The notes below the pieces were generated by a model. It made no database searches, had not been told where the DNA came from, and saw only the letters and a program-made list of their open reading frames with translations. From Octopus sinensis (Eukaryota), in contig NC_043003.1 in NCBI RefSeq assembly GCF_006345805.1, forward strand, positions 88,102,001 to 88,166,000: a stretch of DNA of 64,000 nt, read 5' to 3'. Both the position numbers and the translations under genes were made by a program. Each line of letters opens with the position of its first letter. Positions within the stretch are counted from its first letter, which is position 1. Shown piece after piece: positions 25,945-40,066 of the stretch.

Positions 25945-26270
25945 TCTACCTGGCTTTCGTTGACATGGAGAAAGCTTTTGATAGGGTCCCCCGATCCCTT
26001 ATCTGGTGGTCAATGAGGAAACTAGGGATATATGAATGGCTGGTGAGGGCTGTGCAAGCCATGTACAGAGATGCCGTAAGTAAGGTTAGGGTTGGCAACA
26101 TATACACAGAAGAATTCAAAGTAGAGGTTGGGGTCCACCAGGGTTCAGTCCTCAGCCCCCTCCTATTTATCATAGTCCTCCAGGCAATTACGGAGGAATT
26201 CAAGACAGGTTGCCCCTGGGAGCTCCTCTACGCTGACGACCTTGCTCTATTGCTGATTCACTATCAGAAT
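25945..26270 (+). mobile_element. RTE RT fragment next to the assembly gap
   Basis: [17 protein letters not shown]...LLYADDLAL. Confidence 0.9.
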
Positions 26271-26276
26271 CAGAAC

Positions 26277-26376
26277 NNNNNNNNNNNNNNNNNNNNNNNN
26301 NNNNNNNNNNNNNNNNNNNNNNNNNNNNNNNNNNNNNNNNNNNNNNNNNNNNNNNNNNNNNNNNNNNNNNNNNNNN
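26277..26376. other. Assembly gap (100 N)
   Basis: Run of n. Confidence 1.
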
Positions 26377-26399
26377 GCGGTTTGAACACTAAAGGGTTA

Positions 26400-28620
26400 A
26401 AGACCATAAAAATAATTTCCCTAATAATACACAAGTTAGATTAATCTGTCCAAATAAATCGGACTTAGGAAAATTAAGTAAATTAATCCTAGATAAATAT
26501 TTACCCATTATTAGAAATAAAATTAAGCTTAATTTATGGAAGAATACACAGGGTGCATTGGAATGGTTTTCCAGTATTAAGGTTGATAACGGTAGTAACC
26601 ATAAATTTATCCAATTTGATATCCAAAATTATTACTCATCAATTAACCCAATAATATACACAGCTTTAATTTTTGCTAGAAAATACACTAACATTAGCAT
26701 GAAAGAAATTAAGGTAATTTTGACGGCAAGAAAAACAGTTATAGAATTCGATAATAAATTATGGACTAGGAAGGATACGCCTAACTTATTTGACATTACA
26801 ATGGGTTCGCTGGATTCAGTGGAAACGACTGATTTAGTAGGGATTTGTTTATTAGATAATTTAAGTAGAGAATTCCCTGAATTGAATGGCGGCCTCTATA
26901 GAGACGACACTTTATTTTTAGTTAAGAATCTATCTAACAGAAGACTGGAAATACTTAAGAAACGATTGCATAAATTTTTGAAGAGTTTCGGCCTATCTAT
27001 TACTATTGAAAATGAGAACTATTCTATTAATTATCGCGATGTTAATTGTAACCTCAATACTGAACTCCATGAACCTTATGTGAAACAAAATTCTAATCTA
27101 AGATATATAAATAACTCTAGTAATCACCCTCCACAAATTAAAAAGGCACTACTACTTAGCATTAGTAAAAGAATTTCTAACCTTTCCTCGAATGAAGAGA
27201 TATTTAATAGACATAGTGAAAAGTATAACTCCGCATTGCATAGGGCAGGATATAATGGTAAAATAAAATATATCCCTAATAACAGCCTCAATCATATGAA
27301 TAAGTTAACAACTACTAATAAACATTGGTTAGACAAGCATAACGACAATCCAAATAAAATGAATAACCGCAAATAAAATATTAATATGAATAGAAATAAT
27401 ACTAATAATGGTATAAACAAGTTTAAAGATCATATATTAAATATTAATAATTATAATATTAATAATAATAATTATGGAAATAGTAAAGTTAATATGAACT
27501 ATTATAACAATAATAACTACGATTAAAGCATTTAGTCATAATTTTAATAATATAAATTATACTGATTATAGAAAGTACAGAAGAAATAATAGGAATAGGG
27601 TATTTATAAATAATATAGGTAAGCTGTGTAATCAATATAACATTACTGATACACTGTGGTTAATAATTCCATATGCTATGCAAATTAAAACTAACATAGT
27701 TGGAAATATTTTCAATTTAATAAACAAGCATTTTGGAAAAGGAAAGAACAAATATTGTGACATAATTAATAACAAAACTATTAGAATAGGATACAGCCTT
27801 ACTCATAATCTTGCCACCTCAATTAATAATAAAAAACTTGATTATTTCTATCTAAATAGAAAAAATAATTTAGGTAACACTAATGTGACTCACTATCACT
27901 TAAGATTTAATAATTATAACAATACTAGTAATAGTAATCGAAACCATAGTAATAGTAATACTATAACGAGTAATAATAGCATGGATAATATTAATGGAAT
28001 TAGTAATAATAACACTATAGGTAATAATAATAATAAAATATAACATAAATAAGAGCAATATTATCAATAATAATACGCCAATGGATATGGTATTAATAAG
28101 TAATAATGATAATAATATTAATAATAATAATATTGATAAGAATACAGCTGCAATTAATCATAATAAAGTAAAGCAATTACAACAAGATAATAGGTGCAAT
28201 TGTAGAATTAAGGAAAATTGTGTGTTCAATAATGACTGCATGAAAAAAGAGGTAGCATACCAATGCATAGTAGGTACACAATATGATAATAGAGTATATA
28301 TTGGGGCTACTAAGAATAATTTGAAACAGAGACTTAATTATCACAGATATACTTTTAAAAATAGGAATAGGAGTAATTCTACAGGGTTAAGTGCATATAT
28401 ATGGGAGCTTAAGGACGAAAAAAAATCAATTATAATTTGCAATGGAAAATACTTATATCTGCACCAGCATATAATAATAGGAACAGAAAATGCTCATTAT
28501 GCATTAATGAGATTTTCTTTATAATTAGGGCTAATTTACCGATTATTAACAATCTTAAGGAACGTAATGTTTCATGTCTTCATAGACTGGGGTATACCTT
28601 CTCTAGATACAAATAATACT
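26400..28620 (+). mobile_element. Penelope-like element (Naiad/Neptune-type architecture), decayed: RT plus C-terminal GIY-YIG endonuclease
   Basis: QFDIQNYYSSI, FDITMGSLDS, GGLYRDD, YINNSSNHPPQI, then CNCRIKENCVFNNDC and VYIGAT...KQRLNYH...TGLSAYIWELK. Confidence 0.85.
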
Positions 28621-29901
28621 TAGTACAAAATACCCTTTGAAATAGATGCAAATAGTTGTTATTATCTTTTTTACTTTATTATATTTAGGAGTACAAAATT
28701 GTAATGGGTTATAGGCATATGATTTTTGTATATCTATGTATAAGTGTATAAATGTGTTTATATATTTATATATTTTGATATAAGTGTTTATTTGTGTGTA
28801 CATATTTGTACTTTTTTTATATACTGGTACTTGTTTGTAAATATATCTTTATATTTGTGTATATTGATATGTATTTACTTGTGTTTTTTAGTATATAGTT
28901 ATGCACAAAGTATGAGTCAATGTACTAAACAGATTGAGGTTACTATTGGATTTGTATATATGTAGATGCATATGTATATGTAGGTTTATTTGTGTGCATG
29001 CATGTGGTAGTTTTAAGTATTATTTTATGTTATCTTTCTTGTATATTAGATATTATGTATAGACTTCAGTACACTTTTGTGTATGTGATGTTTGTACTGG
29101 TTTGTATGTATGTAAGTTAAATAGCCAATGATTTAAATGACTGCTCCCTGACCCCCAATATAATTTTATATATTTTTAAATATTTAATATGCATAAACAT
29201 AAGCATAAACTTTTGGACTAAATTCAGCTTTGACATGGAGTTTAAAGTTGCTACTTTGGTTTTTAAAATTGAATTTGTTAGAATACGTGGATGTATTAAT
29301 TTTAATATGCATATAACGTAAACGTAAACATTGCGAATTAAGCTCAGCTTAGCCATAAAGTTTAGATTTACTTTCTGGATTCTATAGTTGGATTTGTTTG
29401 CATAACATGAATGTATTAAATAATATCTAGATAAATTCAATATGCATATAACAGAGACAAAGACATTGTGGACCTAACCCAGCTTAGACATATAGTTTGG
29501 ATTTACTATTTTGGATTCTAAAATTGAATTTGTTCGTGTTACGTGGATGCGTTAAGTAATATCTAGATTATGTTTGTCTGATTAATACACTCACCCGCAA
29601 ATATTTTGTTTGTGCACATATATATATGTATATGTGTATGTGTGAATATTTATATTTCGAACCTTGTATCGTGAATTTTTGTTATGTTAGTAAACATGAA
29701 TATAGTATGTATGATCTGTTGAGGATTATCGTTAAAGCAATAATACTGTTGGTACTGTTAAACGTGGTAGTCTATATACATTAGATTGTATTTACTTTAC
29801 TATATGACGCATGATATACCCAATGTAATGTAATATATTGTTCAATGATGTTCTTTGATGAATTTTGCGCATGTGAATAGTATGTACGATTTGCTTATGT
29901 G

Positions 29902-29945
<44 letters not shown>

Positions 29946-29961
29946 TTTTTATATGTATATA

Positions 29962-30008
<47 letters not shown>

Positions 30009-30214
30009 GTATATGTATGTATTTTGGATATTTGTTTTATTATTTATTTGTATATATTGGATAATAAGTACAGCATGTTTTGTATATCAATATTATTATT
30101 ATACTTTTCAAGTTAATTATATCCTCTGAGAAGGCCTATGGTTCTTTTAACATATAAGTATAATTTTTAATGCCTAAAACCATAATACACTGACATATAT
30201 AGGCAATATAAGTT

Positions 30215-33200
30215 GGATTGACTTTTGACCATAGGCTGAATGGGTTGGACGGTTCGACTTGGGTCTGGGAATCCAGGAAGCTGCACCAGGCCCAGTCTGA
30301 TCTGGCAGTGTTTCTACAGCTGGATGCCCTTCCTAACGTCAAACACGCCGTGAGTACAGTGGGTGCTTTTTACGTGCCACTGGCACGGAGGCCACTCAAG
30401 GTGGCATTGGCAATGGCCAGGTTCGGATGGTTCTTTTATATGCCACCGGCCCTGGTATCACAACTACAATATCCATTGATATTTGATCGATTTCAACTTC
30501 ACTTGCCTCAACAGGTCTTCACAAGCAGAGTTTTGTGTCCCAAGAAGGAAAGGTGTGTATAAGTGGACTGGCAACATCCCAGGTAGAGGCCATGCGTTAT
30601 GGTCTCACTTGTCCTGCCGGGTCTTCTCAAGCACAGCATACTTCCAAAAGGTCTCGGTCACTAGTCATTGCCTTGGTGAGACCCAATGTTCGAAGGTCGT
30701 GCTTCACCACCTCATCCCAGGTTTTCCTGGGTCTACCTCTTCCACAGGTTCCCTCAACCGCTAGGGTGTGGCATTTTTTCACACAACTATCTTCATCCAT
30801 TCTCGCCACATGACCATACCAGCGCAATCGTCTCTATTGCACACTACAACTGATGCTTCTTAGGTCCAACTTTTCTCTCAAGGTACTTACACTCTGTCGA
30901 GTATGAACACTGACATTACACATCCATCGGAGCATACTGACTTCATTTCTTGCGAGCTTACGCATATCCTATGCAGTCACAGCCAATGTTTCACTGCCAT
31001 GTAGCATGGCTGTACGTACACATGCATCATACAGTCTGCCTTTTACTCTGAGCGAGAGGCCTTTAGTCAACAGCAGAGGTAAGAGCTCTCTGAACTTTGC
31101 CCAGGCTATTCTTACTCTAGCAGTTACACTTTCAGCACACCCTCCCCCGCTACTGACTTGGTCACCTAGGTAACGGAAGGTATTAACTACTTCTAGGTTT
31201 TCTCCCTGGAATGTGGCAGAAGTTGTTCTCTGCACATTTTCAGTGTTTATTGCTCCTGAGCATCTGCCACATACAAAAACTATCTTCCTAGTTAGCCTTC
31301 CTTTGATATTGCTGCACCTCTTATGTGTCCATAGCTTACACTTGGTACATCTTATAGAGTTTCTACGTACGCCTTTTCTACAGATTGAGCAGGGCCATCT
31401 ACCTGAAGGCGTTTGTGATTTGTCTACCTTCCTACTTATTAGGACTTTGGTTTTAGCTAGGTTGACTCTAAGGCCCTTCGATTGTAATCCTTGCTTCCAC
31501 ACCTGAAACTTCTCCTCCAGTTCTGATAGTGAAAATTAGAGCAAGGTCATCAGCATAGAGGAGCTCCCAGGGGAATCCTATCTTGAATTCCTCCGTTATT
31601 GCCTGGAGAACTATGATAAATAGGAGGGGGCTGAGGACTGAACCTTGGTGGACCCCTACCTGTACCTGGAATTCTTCACTGTACTCATTGCTAACCCTCA
31701 CCTTACTAACAGCGTCCCTGTACATGGCTCGCACAGCTCTCACTAACCATTCATCTATCCCTAGTTTCCTCATTGACCACCAGATAAGGGATTGGGGGAC
31801 CCTGTCAAAGGCTTTCTCCATGTCAACGAAAGCCAGGTACAGAGGTTTATCTTTGGCTAGGTATTTCTCCTGCAGCTGTCTTACCAGAAATATAGCATCA
31901 GTGGTGCTTTTCCCTGGCACGAACCCAAACTGCATCTCATCTAAACTGACTCTCTCTCTAATTAGTTGGGCTATGACCCTCTCCATGACCTTCATTACTT
32001 CATTCAGCAACTTGATACCTCTGTAATTATTTGAGCATCTCTGTAGTGATTCCTGATGGGCCAGGGGCTTTCCCTGCCTTCATACTCCTGATTGCTTTAA
32101 CTACCAAGGTACTGTTAATTCGGATAGCTGGTCCCTCTGTTGGGATGACATTTGTAGACTCCTTTTCTACCATTCATTCTCTTTATTTAGCAACCTTTCA
32201 TAGTGGCATCTCCAAACCTCTCTCCTTGCAGCCTCATTTAGTACAAGTGAACCATCACCCATATGGGCACATTTCTCTCCTACCACATCACGATTCTCTC
32301 TCGCACACTGTCTTGCAACACGAAATACTTCAGGTCGTTGGTCCTCACGGCGCAGAACATTCGCAAAGTTTTTCTTATCTGCTTCCCCTCTGGCTAAATA
32401 AACCTGTCTCCTAGCTTCCCTTCTGGCAGTCTGATACAATTCCCTGCTACCCCTGTTCTTCCAGTTCCTCCAAGCCTGCTTCTTTTGTCTAATAGCCCTG
32501 TCAACCACATAGTCCACCACCACGTTACCTTGGGTCGAGATGGGACTTTGCACCATCCACAGATCTGGTCAGTGACTCTCAGCAGGTTGTCCTGTGGAAA
32601 CCTCTAGTTGTCTTCCACATTATGTGATTCTATATGCCCTTCTATTTCATCAAAGGGTTCAAGTAATACGTCTCTAAATCTCTGTCCATTTGCAGGATCT
32701 TTAAGCTTCCAGACCCTTCTCCTCCAAGCTGGTCTTCTTCTGGGCATCCATTTAGCCCTGATCCCAAAGTCGCTAACTACTAATCTATGTTGAGGGGTAC
32801 ATTCTTCGCCTGGGAAGGTTTGGCATTTATAAGCAGCCCTCCTTCCCTTTTTCTGGCGAGGATGTAGTCAATTTGGCTAGTGTGTCTGCCAGAACGGTAG
32901 GTGACTAGGTGAGAGGTGGGTTTCCTGAAGTTGGTATTGCAAATCATAAGATCATTTGCATTGCAGAACTCCAGCAGCCTGGTTCCCTCCTCATTGCGAG
33001 AACCAAAACCGTAGCCTCCATGTATGCCATGGAAGCCCCTGACATGCTGAGCAACATGCCCATTGAAGTCACCAGCCACAAAGAGAAGGTCCCTGTCATT
33101 TGTCAACGAGGTAGTCTGCAATAGGGTGTCATAGCATCGGTCTTCCTGCCCTTCTGGTAGCCCCGGTTGATGGGCATAGGCCGAGATAATGGTAGCTGAC

Positions 33201-33555
33201 CTATGGTGAAGCACTAATCTAATCTTAAGTACTCTGCCACATACTCTGACAACCTCGATTACTTTATCAACCCATTTCTCCGCAAGAAGTATACCCACGC
33301 CCCCGACCCTGTCAGTGTTCCCTGCCCAGAAAATCTTGTACTGTGTTCTTTGCCCGTGAGGAACCTAGCGGAACCTCCTCTCCACCTTACTTCTTGGATG
33401 CAGCACAAATCTACACGTCTCCATTTCAAGCATCTCAACAATCTCACCAGACCTACCTTTCAGTGTGCCGACATTGAGTGTGCCAACTCTGAGGGTGTGG
33501 GAGGTGTGGGCCAGTGAGACCCTGGGACGGGGGACAGCAGTGTCATGTACCTGAA
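30215..33555 (-). mobile_element. RTE LINE, near full length but decayed (deletions near 31530 and 32030, frameshifts)
   Basis: APE motifs (TLRVGTLNVGTL, VAGDFNGH, SQIDYIL) and RT motifs occur across several frames, followed by the 3' UTR modules. Confidence 0.92.
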
Positions 33556-33559
33556 AAGA

Positions 33560-34168
33560 AAGCTTGCGTTTGGCAGAATTCATAAAGAAACACTAGACTA
33601 CAATCTACATACACTACACTGTTTTTTTGCACTATATGATCAAATAAAACCTACGTAGGGGTGTGGGCAGCACTTGGCCCTTAGAAGTGTTTGCGGGAGG
33701 TACACAAGGAAGATATAGGTTAGGAACTTCCAGTTAACGTGGAGAGGGTGGGAGGGCGGTTGTACCGTGAAACAGCACTTGTAAGCTATGGTTAAACAAA
33801 TTTAGAGAGAATGATATAACAAAATGATAACCTTGATTAAAATAAAAATAAAATATAACGATTAACAGAAATGCATGATCTTTAGACAACAAGGAAGGCA
33901 AAGCTATCGGAACTATGTTTACATGATAGAGAAATAGATAGACAATAGAGAACGAATGGGGGGGGGGGGTTATGATCTACACATTAACAGGAGTACATGA
34001 ACGAAGGTTGTAAAGTCAAAATTTTTCCTTAACTGGTCATCTTCTGAAATCCAAATTTTATCAGGAGAGGAAATGAAAATCGAGTAGGGGAAAAAAACAG
34101 AGCATACGCTAGTTTATATAGAGTTAGGGTGGGGTGGGGTGGGGGGGCTGTTGGTGTATTAGGTGGTA

Positions 34169-34217
<49 letters not shown>

Positions 34218-34610
34218 GACAACACGAGGAAGAAGAAGAATATTCTTAGGGATTCTCTGTAACAAAAATTAATGAAACAGCAAATGCCGAAATCGTGAGA
34301 TAGAATTGAAAAACATTTTGAGATTTTGGGAAACGTAATTTAACGAAACAGCAGTGGTAAATCAAAGAGAGATACAGTGAGGCAGAGAGAGAAGGGTCAG
34401 AGTTAGGTGGTCAGGCAGTAAATACAATATGAGGAAGAAGAATATTCTTTGGGATTTTGTGTAACATAAATTAACGAAACAGCAAATGCCGAAATCGTGA
34501 GATAGAATTGAAAACTACTTTTGGGATTTTGGGAAACAATTTAATGAAACAGCAGTGGTAAATCGAAGAGAGAGACAGTGAGGCAGTGAGAGAAGGGTCA
34601 GAGTTAGGTA
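33560..34610. repeat. Unclassified repeat upstream of the RTE, with a ~190 bp tandem duplication (34230-34420 / 34430-34605); homologous to 44550-45190
   Basis: Shared blocks include TACGTAGGGG..GGCCCTTAGAAGTGTTTGCGGGAGGTACACAAGG and GAAACAGCAGTGGTAAATCGAAGAGAG. Confidence 0.75.
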
Positions 34611-35389
34611 ACTAATTCATTAGTTACTATAATTTATTCGTTTCTTTTGCATATTCTTAGTTTATGCATGTATATCCCATTTATGTTCATTAGAAATTAA
34701 ATAAATAAAGAATTTTGACATGTACGAATATTTATTTCCCCCCACTGTACATACATAACAACACCTGTCTGTCTGTTTTTGCCTGTCAATCACTCAGTAA
34801 AAAGACAAAAATTTTAAAAATCTGTTATTTCTCTCTCTCCCTTTCCCTCCCTCTCTTTACACTGTTGCTAGAAGGGGAGTTAACTCATGTTTGTAAAACA
34901 ATGGTGGATTTCTCTGCCGTGAAAATTTGTTAAGTTATGGTCGAAAATTTATTTTTACCGCTATTCGCTGGTGCATCGGGGGAAAATAATGACAAAAATA
35001 CAGCTAGGGTTGTGACGAATGTCCTAAAATTGGAGTGACATGTGTGCTAATTTGTGGACGTGCATAAATTACATTCATGTACACACACACATCTTGCTTT
35101 TATATATATACAGATATAAAACATAGATTATATATATATATGAATAATAAAAAACTTGACAAATTCTATGAAACTAGAAACATAGTGAAAAATAAAAGTA
35201 ATAACCAACCAACTAATAGGACCAAGCTCCACACTAACGCAACGCCTCCTGCTAACTTAGGTACAGACCTGAATAATAATTGGTCCCCACAATACAACAT
35301 GGATCTAGATACAGCTAATTATTTATGCGCTAGTAGGGATAGAACAAAGTGCCATTTCTCAAATAGATGCAAGACAAATGACGTAGATG

Positions 35390-35940
35390 TAGACAAATGA
35401 CGTCTGCACTGACAACTAGACGAAATGATACATAGGTGCAACTAAGAACCAAATGATTCTCAGATGAGAAGAAATTCAACCTTGATAGTCCTGATGGTTT
35501 CCAATGATATTGGCATGCAAAAGATATTCCAGTGGAGACTTTTTCAATCAAGCACAGTAGTGGAGGCTCTATCATGGTGTGGGGTGCTTTCTCATGCAGA
35601 GGAACTATCGAAATTCAGGTTGTGCAGCTGGCTACGTTGGCATGTTGGAGCGGGCATCACACTTGACTGAAGGCCTTCATTTGTGTGGACAAGACTGGAT
35701 TTATCAACAGGATAATGTTACAATTCATAATGCTCACAGGCCGAAGAATTTCTTCAGAACAAATAACATTCATCTTTTGAATCATCCTCCATGTTCTCCT
35801 GACCTAAACCTGATCAAAAATCTTAGGGCAAGCAACATTTACATAAATGGAATGCAATTTGAGATTGTGGATACTCTTTGTCAGGCAGTCTTCACCTCAT
35901 GTCTAACATTCTGGACAACCCCCTGAAAATGCTTGTCGAG
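35390..35940 (+). mobile_element. Tc1-type transposase fragment
   Basis: [41 protein letters not shown]. Confidence 0.8.
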
Positions 35941-35954
35941 TATACCACAGCGAA

Positions 35955-36175
35955 AGGTGGCGAGCTGGCAGAAACAGTAGCTCGCCGGACGAAATGCTTA
36001 GCGGTTTTTCGTCTGCTGCTACATTCTGAGTTCAAATTCTGCCGAGGTCAACTTTGCCTTTCATCCTTTCGGGGTCGATTAAATAAGTACCAGTTACACA
36101 CTGGGATCGATATTATCAACTTAATCCTTGTTGTCTGTCCTTGTTTGTAGCCCCTTGTGAGCAGTAAAGAAATAA
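35955..36175 (+). mobile_element. SINE with a 16-bp target-site duplication
   Basis: AGTATACCACAGCGAA occurs at 35939-35954 and 36176-36191. Confidence 0.88.
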
Positions 36176-36419
36176 AGTATACCACAGCGAATTTTTGGAG
36201 TTATTCACAGGAATGGTGGCACTATTAACTATTGAGCCCCTTATTCATTATTTTCCTTTTTTTTAACTTTTTATGGTCTTAACTTTTTGACTAGGCAAAA
36301 TATTGTTAGTTTTCATACAATGTATATTTTGTGCATTAAACGTTAAACATTTTAGGTTTTCATATATCCTTTTCTATTTTCTATTTCTCCTTATTCCTTA
36401 TATATACACACACACACAC

Positions 36420-37255
36420 ATCTCACTCAGAGTAAAAGATAGATTGTATGATGCATGTGTGTGAAGTGCCATGCTTCACAGCAGTAAAACATGGGCCGTG
36501 ACTGCTGAAGACATGCGTAGGCTTGAAAGAAATGAAGCTAGCATGATCTGCTGGATGTGTAGTGACAGTGTGCACACATGACAGAGTGTAGGCACCATGA
36601 GAGAAATGTTAGACATAAGAAGCATTGGATGTGGTGCGCAAAAGAGACGTTTGCATTGGTATGATCATGTACTGCGGATGGACGAGGAGAGCTGTGTGAA
36701 GAAGTGCCACTCCCAATCAGTGGAAGGAATACAGGGTAGAAGGAGACCCAGGAAGACATGAGATGAGGTGGTGAAGCATGACCTTCAAACGTTGGACCTC
36801 ACAGAGGCAATGACAAAAGACCGAGACCTCTGGAGGTATGCTGTGACCTACACCAGCATTGCATAACCAACCCACTCAAAAGTACCTAAGATCGTAGGGC
36901 GACATGCCGTGCTTGAGGAGACCTATTGAGTCAAGTACATAAACATCAATATCAAAATCAAATGGAAACTGTAGTTGTGACCCTCGTGCCAGTGGCACAT
37001 AAAAAGCACCATCCAAATGTAGCCAATGCTGACTGGCTTCTGTACTGGTGGCATATAAAAAGCACCATCCAATCGTGGTCGAAGCCAGCTCCTCTGGTCC
37101 CTGTGCTGGTGGCACGTAAAAAGCACCCACTACACTCTCGAAGTGGTTGGCATTAGGAAGGGCATCCAGCTGTAGAAACACTGCCAGATTCCAGTTGAAC
37201 TGTCCAACCCATGCCAGCATGGAAAACGGATATCAAATGCTACTGATGATGATGA
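36420..37255 (+). mobile_element. Older RTE 3' fragment with 3' UTR and (GAT)n tail
   Basis: Decayed RLYDACV...WYDHVLRMDE...GRRRPRKT followed by the RTE terminus. Confidence 0.82.
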
Positions 37256-38527
37256 TACATACATATATATAGATATATATATATAAACACACACATACAT
37301 AAATACATACATACATATATATACATGCACACATATATACTCTCTTATTCTTTTACTTATTTCAGTCATTTGACTGTAGCCATGCTGGAGCATTGCATTT
37401 TAGTTGAAGTAATTGACCCCAGGACTTATTTTTCGTAAGTCTGGTACTTATTCTATTGATCTGTTTTGCTGAACTGCTAAGTTACGGGGACATGAACACA
37501 CCAGCACCAGTTGTCAAGCGGTGGTGGGGGAGCAAACACAGACACAAACATATTTCAATAAAGCAAAATGGGGATCAATCTGTAAAGAGATCCAGAAACA
37601 AAACTTGCCCAACATCCTATGTATGCAAGACAACTGTATCATTGCTAACCTGTCACTTTCATGAACTCCTTGCCCATGCACTGTAAGCAATCCTCTACAC
37701 TCACATCCTTGTCCCTTGAGAGTATCTCCTAGCACATGACCACTATCTCTCATTCCCTCTCTCCCCCTCCAGCTGGAGTAACCATGTATCTCCTCTACAC
37801 CAAGACACCAGTTTCTGTCCCTCTGTCTAACTCTAACCTCTCATCACATGAAATACAGCTACTTCCCTTCTTAGTTGAGGGATCATTGTCTTGCAAATTA
37901 CTTGGTATCTCACTGGCGCCACATAAAAATCACCCAGTCCAATCTAAAAAGTAAAACCCATGCCAAAGCACACAGTGGAGCTTGGCACAGTCTTCTGGTT
38001 TATCAGCTCCTGCCAAACTATCCAACCCATACCAGCATGGAGGATGGATGCTAAATGATGATGATGTAAATACACAAACATATAGGAAATTTTTATGGCT
38101 AAAGATGTCACCAGGTTGTGAATAGTGTTTTTTGCATAACTTTTGTAATTAGAACCAGAGACCAAAATGAAAAGTAAGCAAAAAAACTAATGGGGCAACC
38201 TAATTTGAGATTGTGTAAGGGGTCCATTCACACTGACCAAAAGACTAGAACACAAAGCACAGTCAGTTAATCCACCTGACAATTTCACAGTGCTACCTGT
38301 GATTCAGTACCAAATTATTCTTACACTGAACATTTCTTGATCCAGAGGCATAAGGAAGTGCCTGAAATGATGAAATAGGAACTAATGAGCCAATAGTCTG
38401 ATATACTTCTATCATCTTACCCTTTTCCTTCAACTGTTCATATAAACATAGACACAGTTATCGACATGGTATTGACACATACATTAAAAAAGGATGAACT
38501 TCTCTCATTTAAAGACAGACTACTTAC

Positions 38528-38648
38528 AATCTTAATGGCAGCCAGTATCTGGTTGGCACTAGCATTGCTGAGTGATGTCAGTGGCATTTCAATGGTTAAT
38601 CTCATGACAGCTTGGTTTAGTTCTTTAATGGCAATATTGTAGGAATGT
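38528..38648 (-). CDS. EIF2B5: eIF2B epsilon exon: (K)HSYNIAIKELNQAVMRLTIEMPLTSLSNASANQILAAIKI
   Basis: ttgcag acceptor and gtaagt donor; 121 nt, phase 2/0. Aligns with human [24 protein letters not shown]. Confidence 0.9.
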
Positions 38649-38827
38649 CTGCAAGAAACCAAAAGCAATACATATGAAAAAAAAAAAAACCCAGAAGGAA
38701 TTACTCATTAGGGTTTTGTCATAGCAAACACATATAGGTTGTGCAGATTGACTCCTTTAATCCTAACTCATTAATTTAGGAAGGAGCTGGTGGTGGTCGT
38801 GGCATAATCCAGATTAGCTTTTATTAA

Positions 38828-39038
38828 CCCATTTGTTACCAACCCAGCTGAAATTGGCTGATTACAAATCTCTTGTTTTCGTAAGTTTTAAATTAAAATC
38901 TTCCACCAAACAGTCACAATTTATGTTCCTAACACTAGTTGAATAACAACTAAGTTATTTTATTAAATTCTTTGTTATATATTTAAAGTAATTGAAAGGA
39001 ACATAGAGCATCTCAAAATAAATACAGTAACAAAAGGG
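38828..39038. mobile_element. piggyBac-type MITE
   Basis: TTAA-CCCATTTGTTAC...GTAACAAAAGGG-TTAA (CCC/GGG termini, TTAA TSD). Confidence 0.8.
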
Positions 39039-39930
39039 TTAAACAGAATTATAAGCTCATAGATAATCTGGTCAAACAATTAAGTAGGACTCACACATCC
39101 ATTCTGTAAATTCTGGTGGTGACTACAGCAGAGGAAAGCAAGGTGGATTGGTCACAGTACAACAGTTATTGTGACTTTGCAATTATTATTGGCAGTGTAC
39201 ATAGAAATTGACCTCACTGGTGCATTCAAACAGAAGTAATGAGTACACAGAAGAAAGAAAATAGATTAAAGGACAACAGAGAAGAGAGAAAAACAACAGC
39301 AAAAATATAAAGCAATGAAGGAGTTAGAAACAGTAGTTAAAATTTTTTACACACTAGCCTTAAAAAAATAGGTCCATTAGTTAATACAGTCTGAAATAAC
39401 TGATAGTGTTAAGGAAAAAGACAAGATGGTCACATAGAATGCGTAGTTCTGTTATATGACAGAATATTTGAAGTGAATGGATACAAAAAATATGGGAGAA
39501 GATTATGTTTAAGGTTCCTGTTTTGTAGGAAAGGGGTTGTAAGACAATATACACTGGAGTAATGTAGTGGAGCTTGATGAGGATAATGGCAAAAAAAGTT
39601 ATGACCAGAATGTAGATGATGATAATGAGACCTTGTAGACAACAGCAACTGAAACATCCATTAAAACAAATCCCTTTTACAATTTGATAGCCTTTCCTAC
39701 ACTATCACAACGGTTTGATACACAAGGCAGTCAACTAGATTCAGTGCGCAACAGACACAATAACTGGAATTGCATTCAGTCTACTGTTTTCAGCATTCCA
39801 GTAATATAAACTTAAAAACACTGTGCATCAACTTTGTTTGATATATTTTTCAGGTGAAGTTTCCCTCACAACTTATATTAATTAATTGAACAGGAGTATT
39901 TGATCAACTAGTAAAAAACAGCAAACTTAC

Positions 39931-40021
39931 TTCAAAGAATTTATTTCAAGAATAAGGTTATCAGGCCTGATGTTTTCTTCCTCAGCTCGTAGTAGTGTAT
40001 CTCTAAGTTCAGTGTAAAACA
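39931..40021 (-). CDS. EIF2B5: eIF2B epsilon exon: (M)FYTELRDTLLRAEEENIRPDNLILEINSL(K)
   Basis: Polypyrimidine-ttgtag acceptor and gtaagt donor; 91 nt, phase 1/2. Matches the conserved human [31 protein letters not shown]. Confidence 0.95.
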
Positions 40022-40066
40022 CTACAAGAAAAAAAAAAAAAAAAAGTATACACGCATATAGATACA

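Noticed and set aside
28190-28260. Possible selenocysteine (UGA) use in the Naiad-type PLEs (also at 48700-48750)
   Set aside because: The conserved Cys positions of the CxC-x5-C-x5-C motifs are TGC/TGT. No in-frame UGA occurs at them and no SECIS was recognised.
30126-30185. CTGAGAAGGC...GCCTAAAAC, a possible decayed HHR at the end of the 26.4 kb PLE
   Set aside because: Both core motifs are mutated and no stem I or III could be paired.
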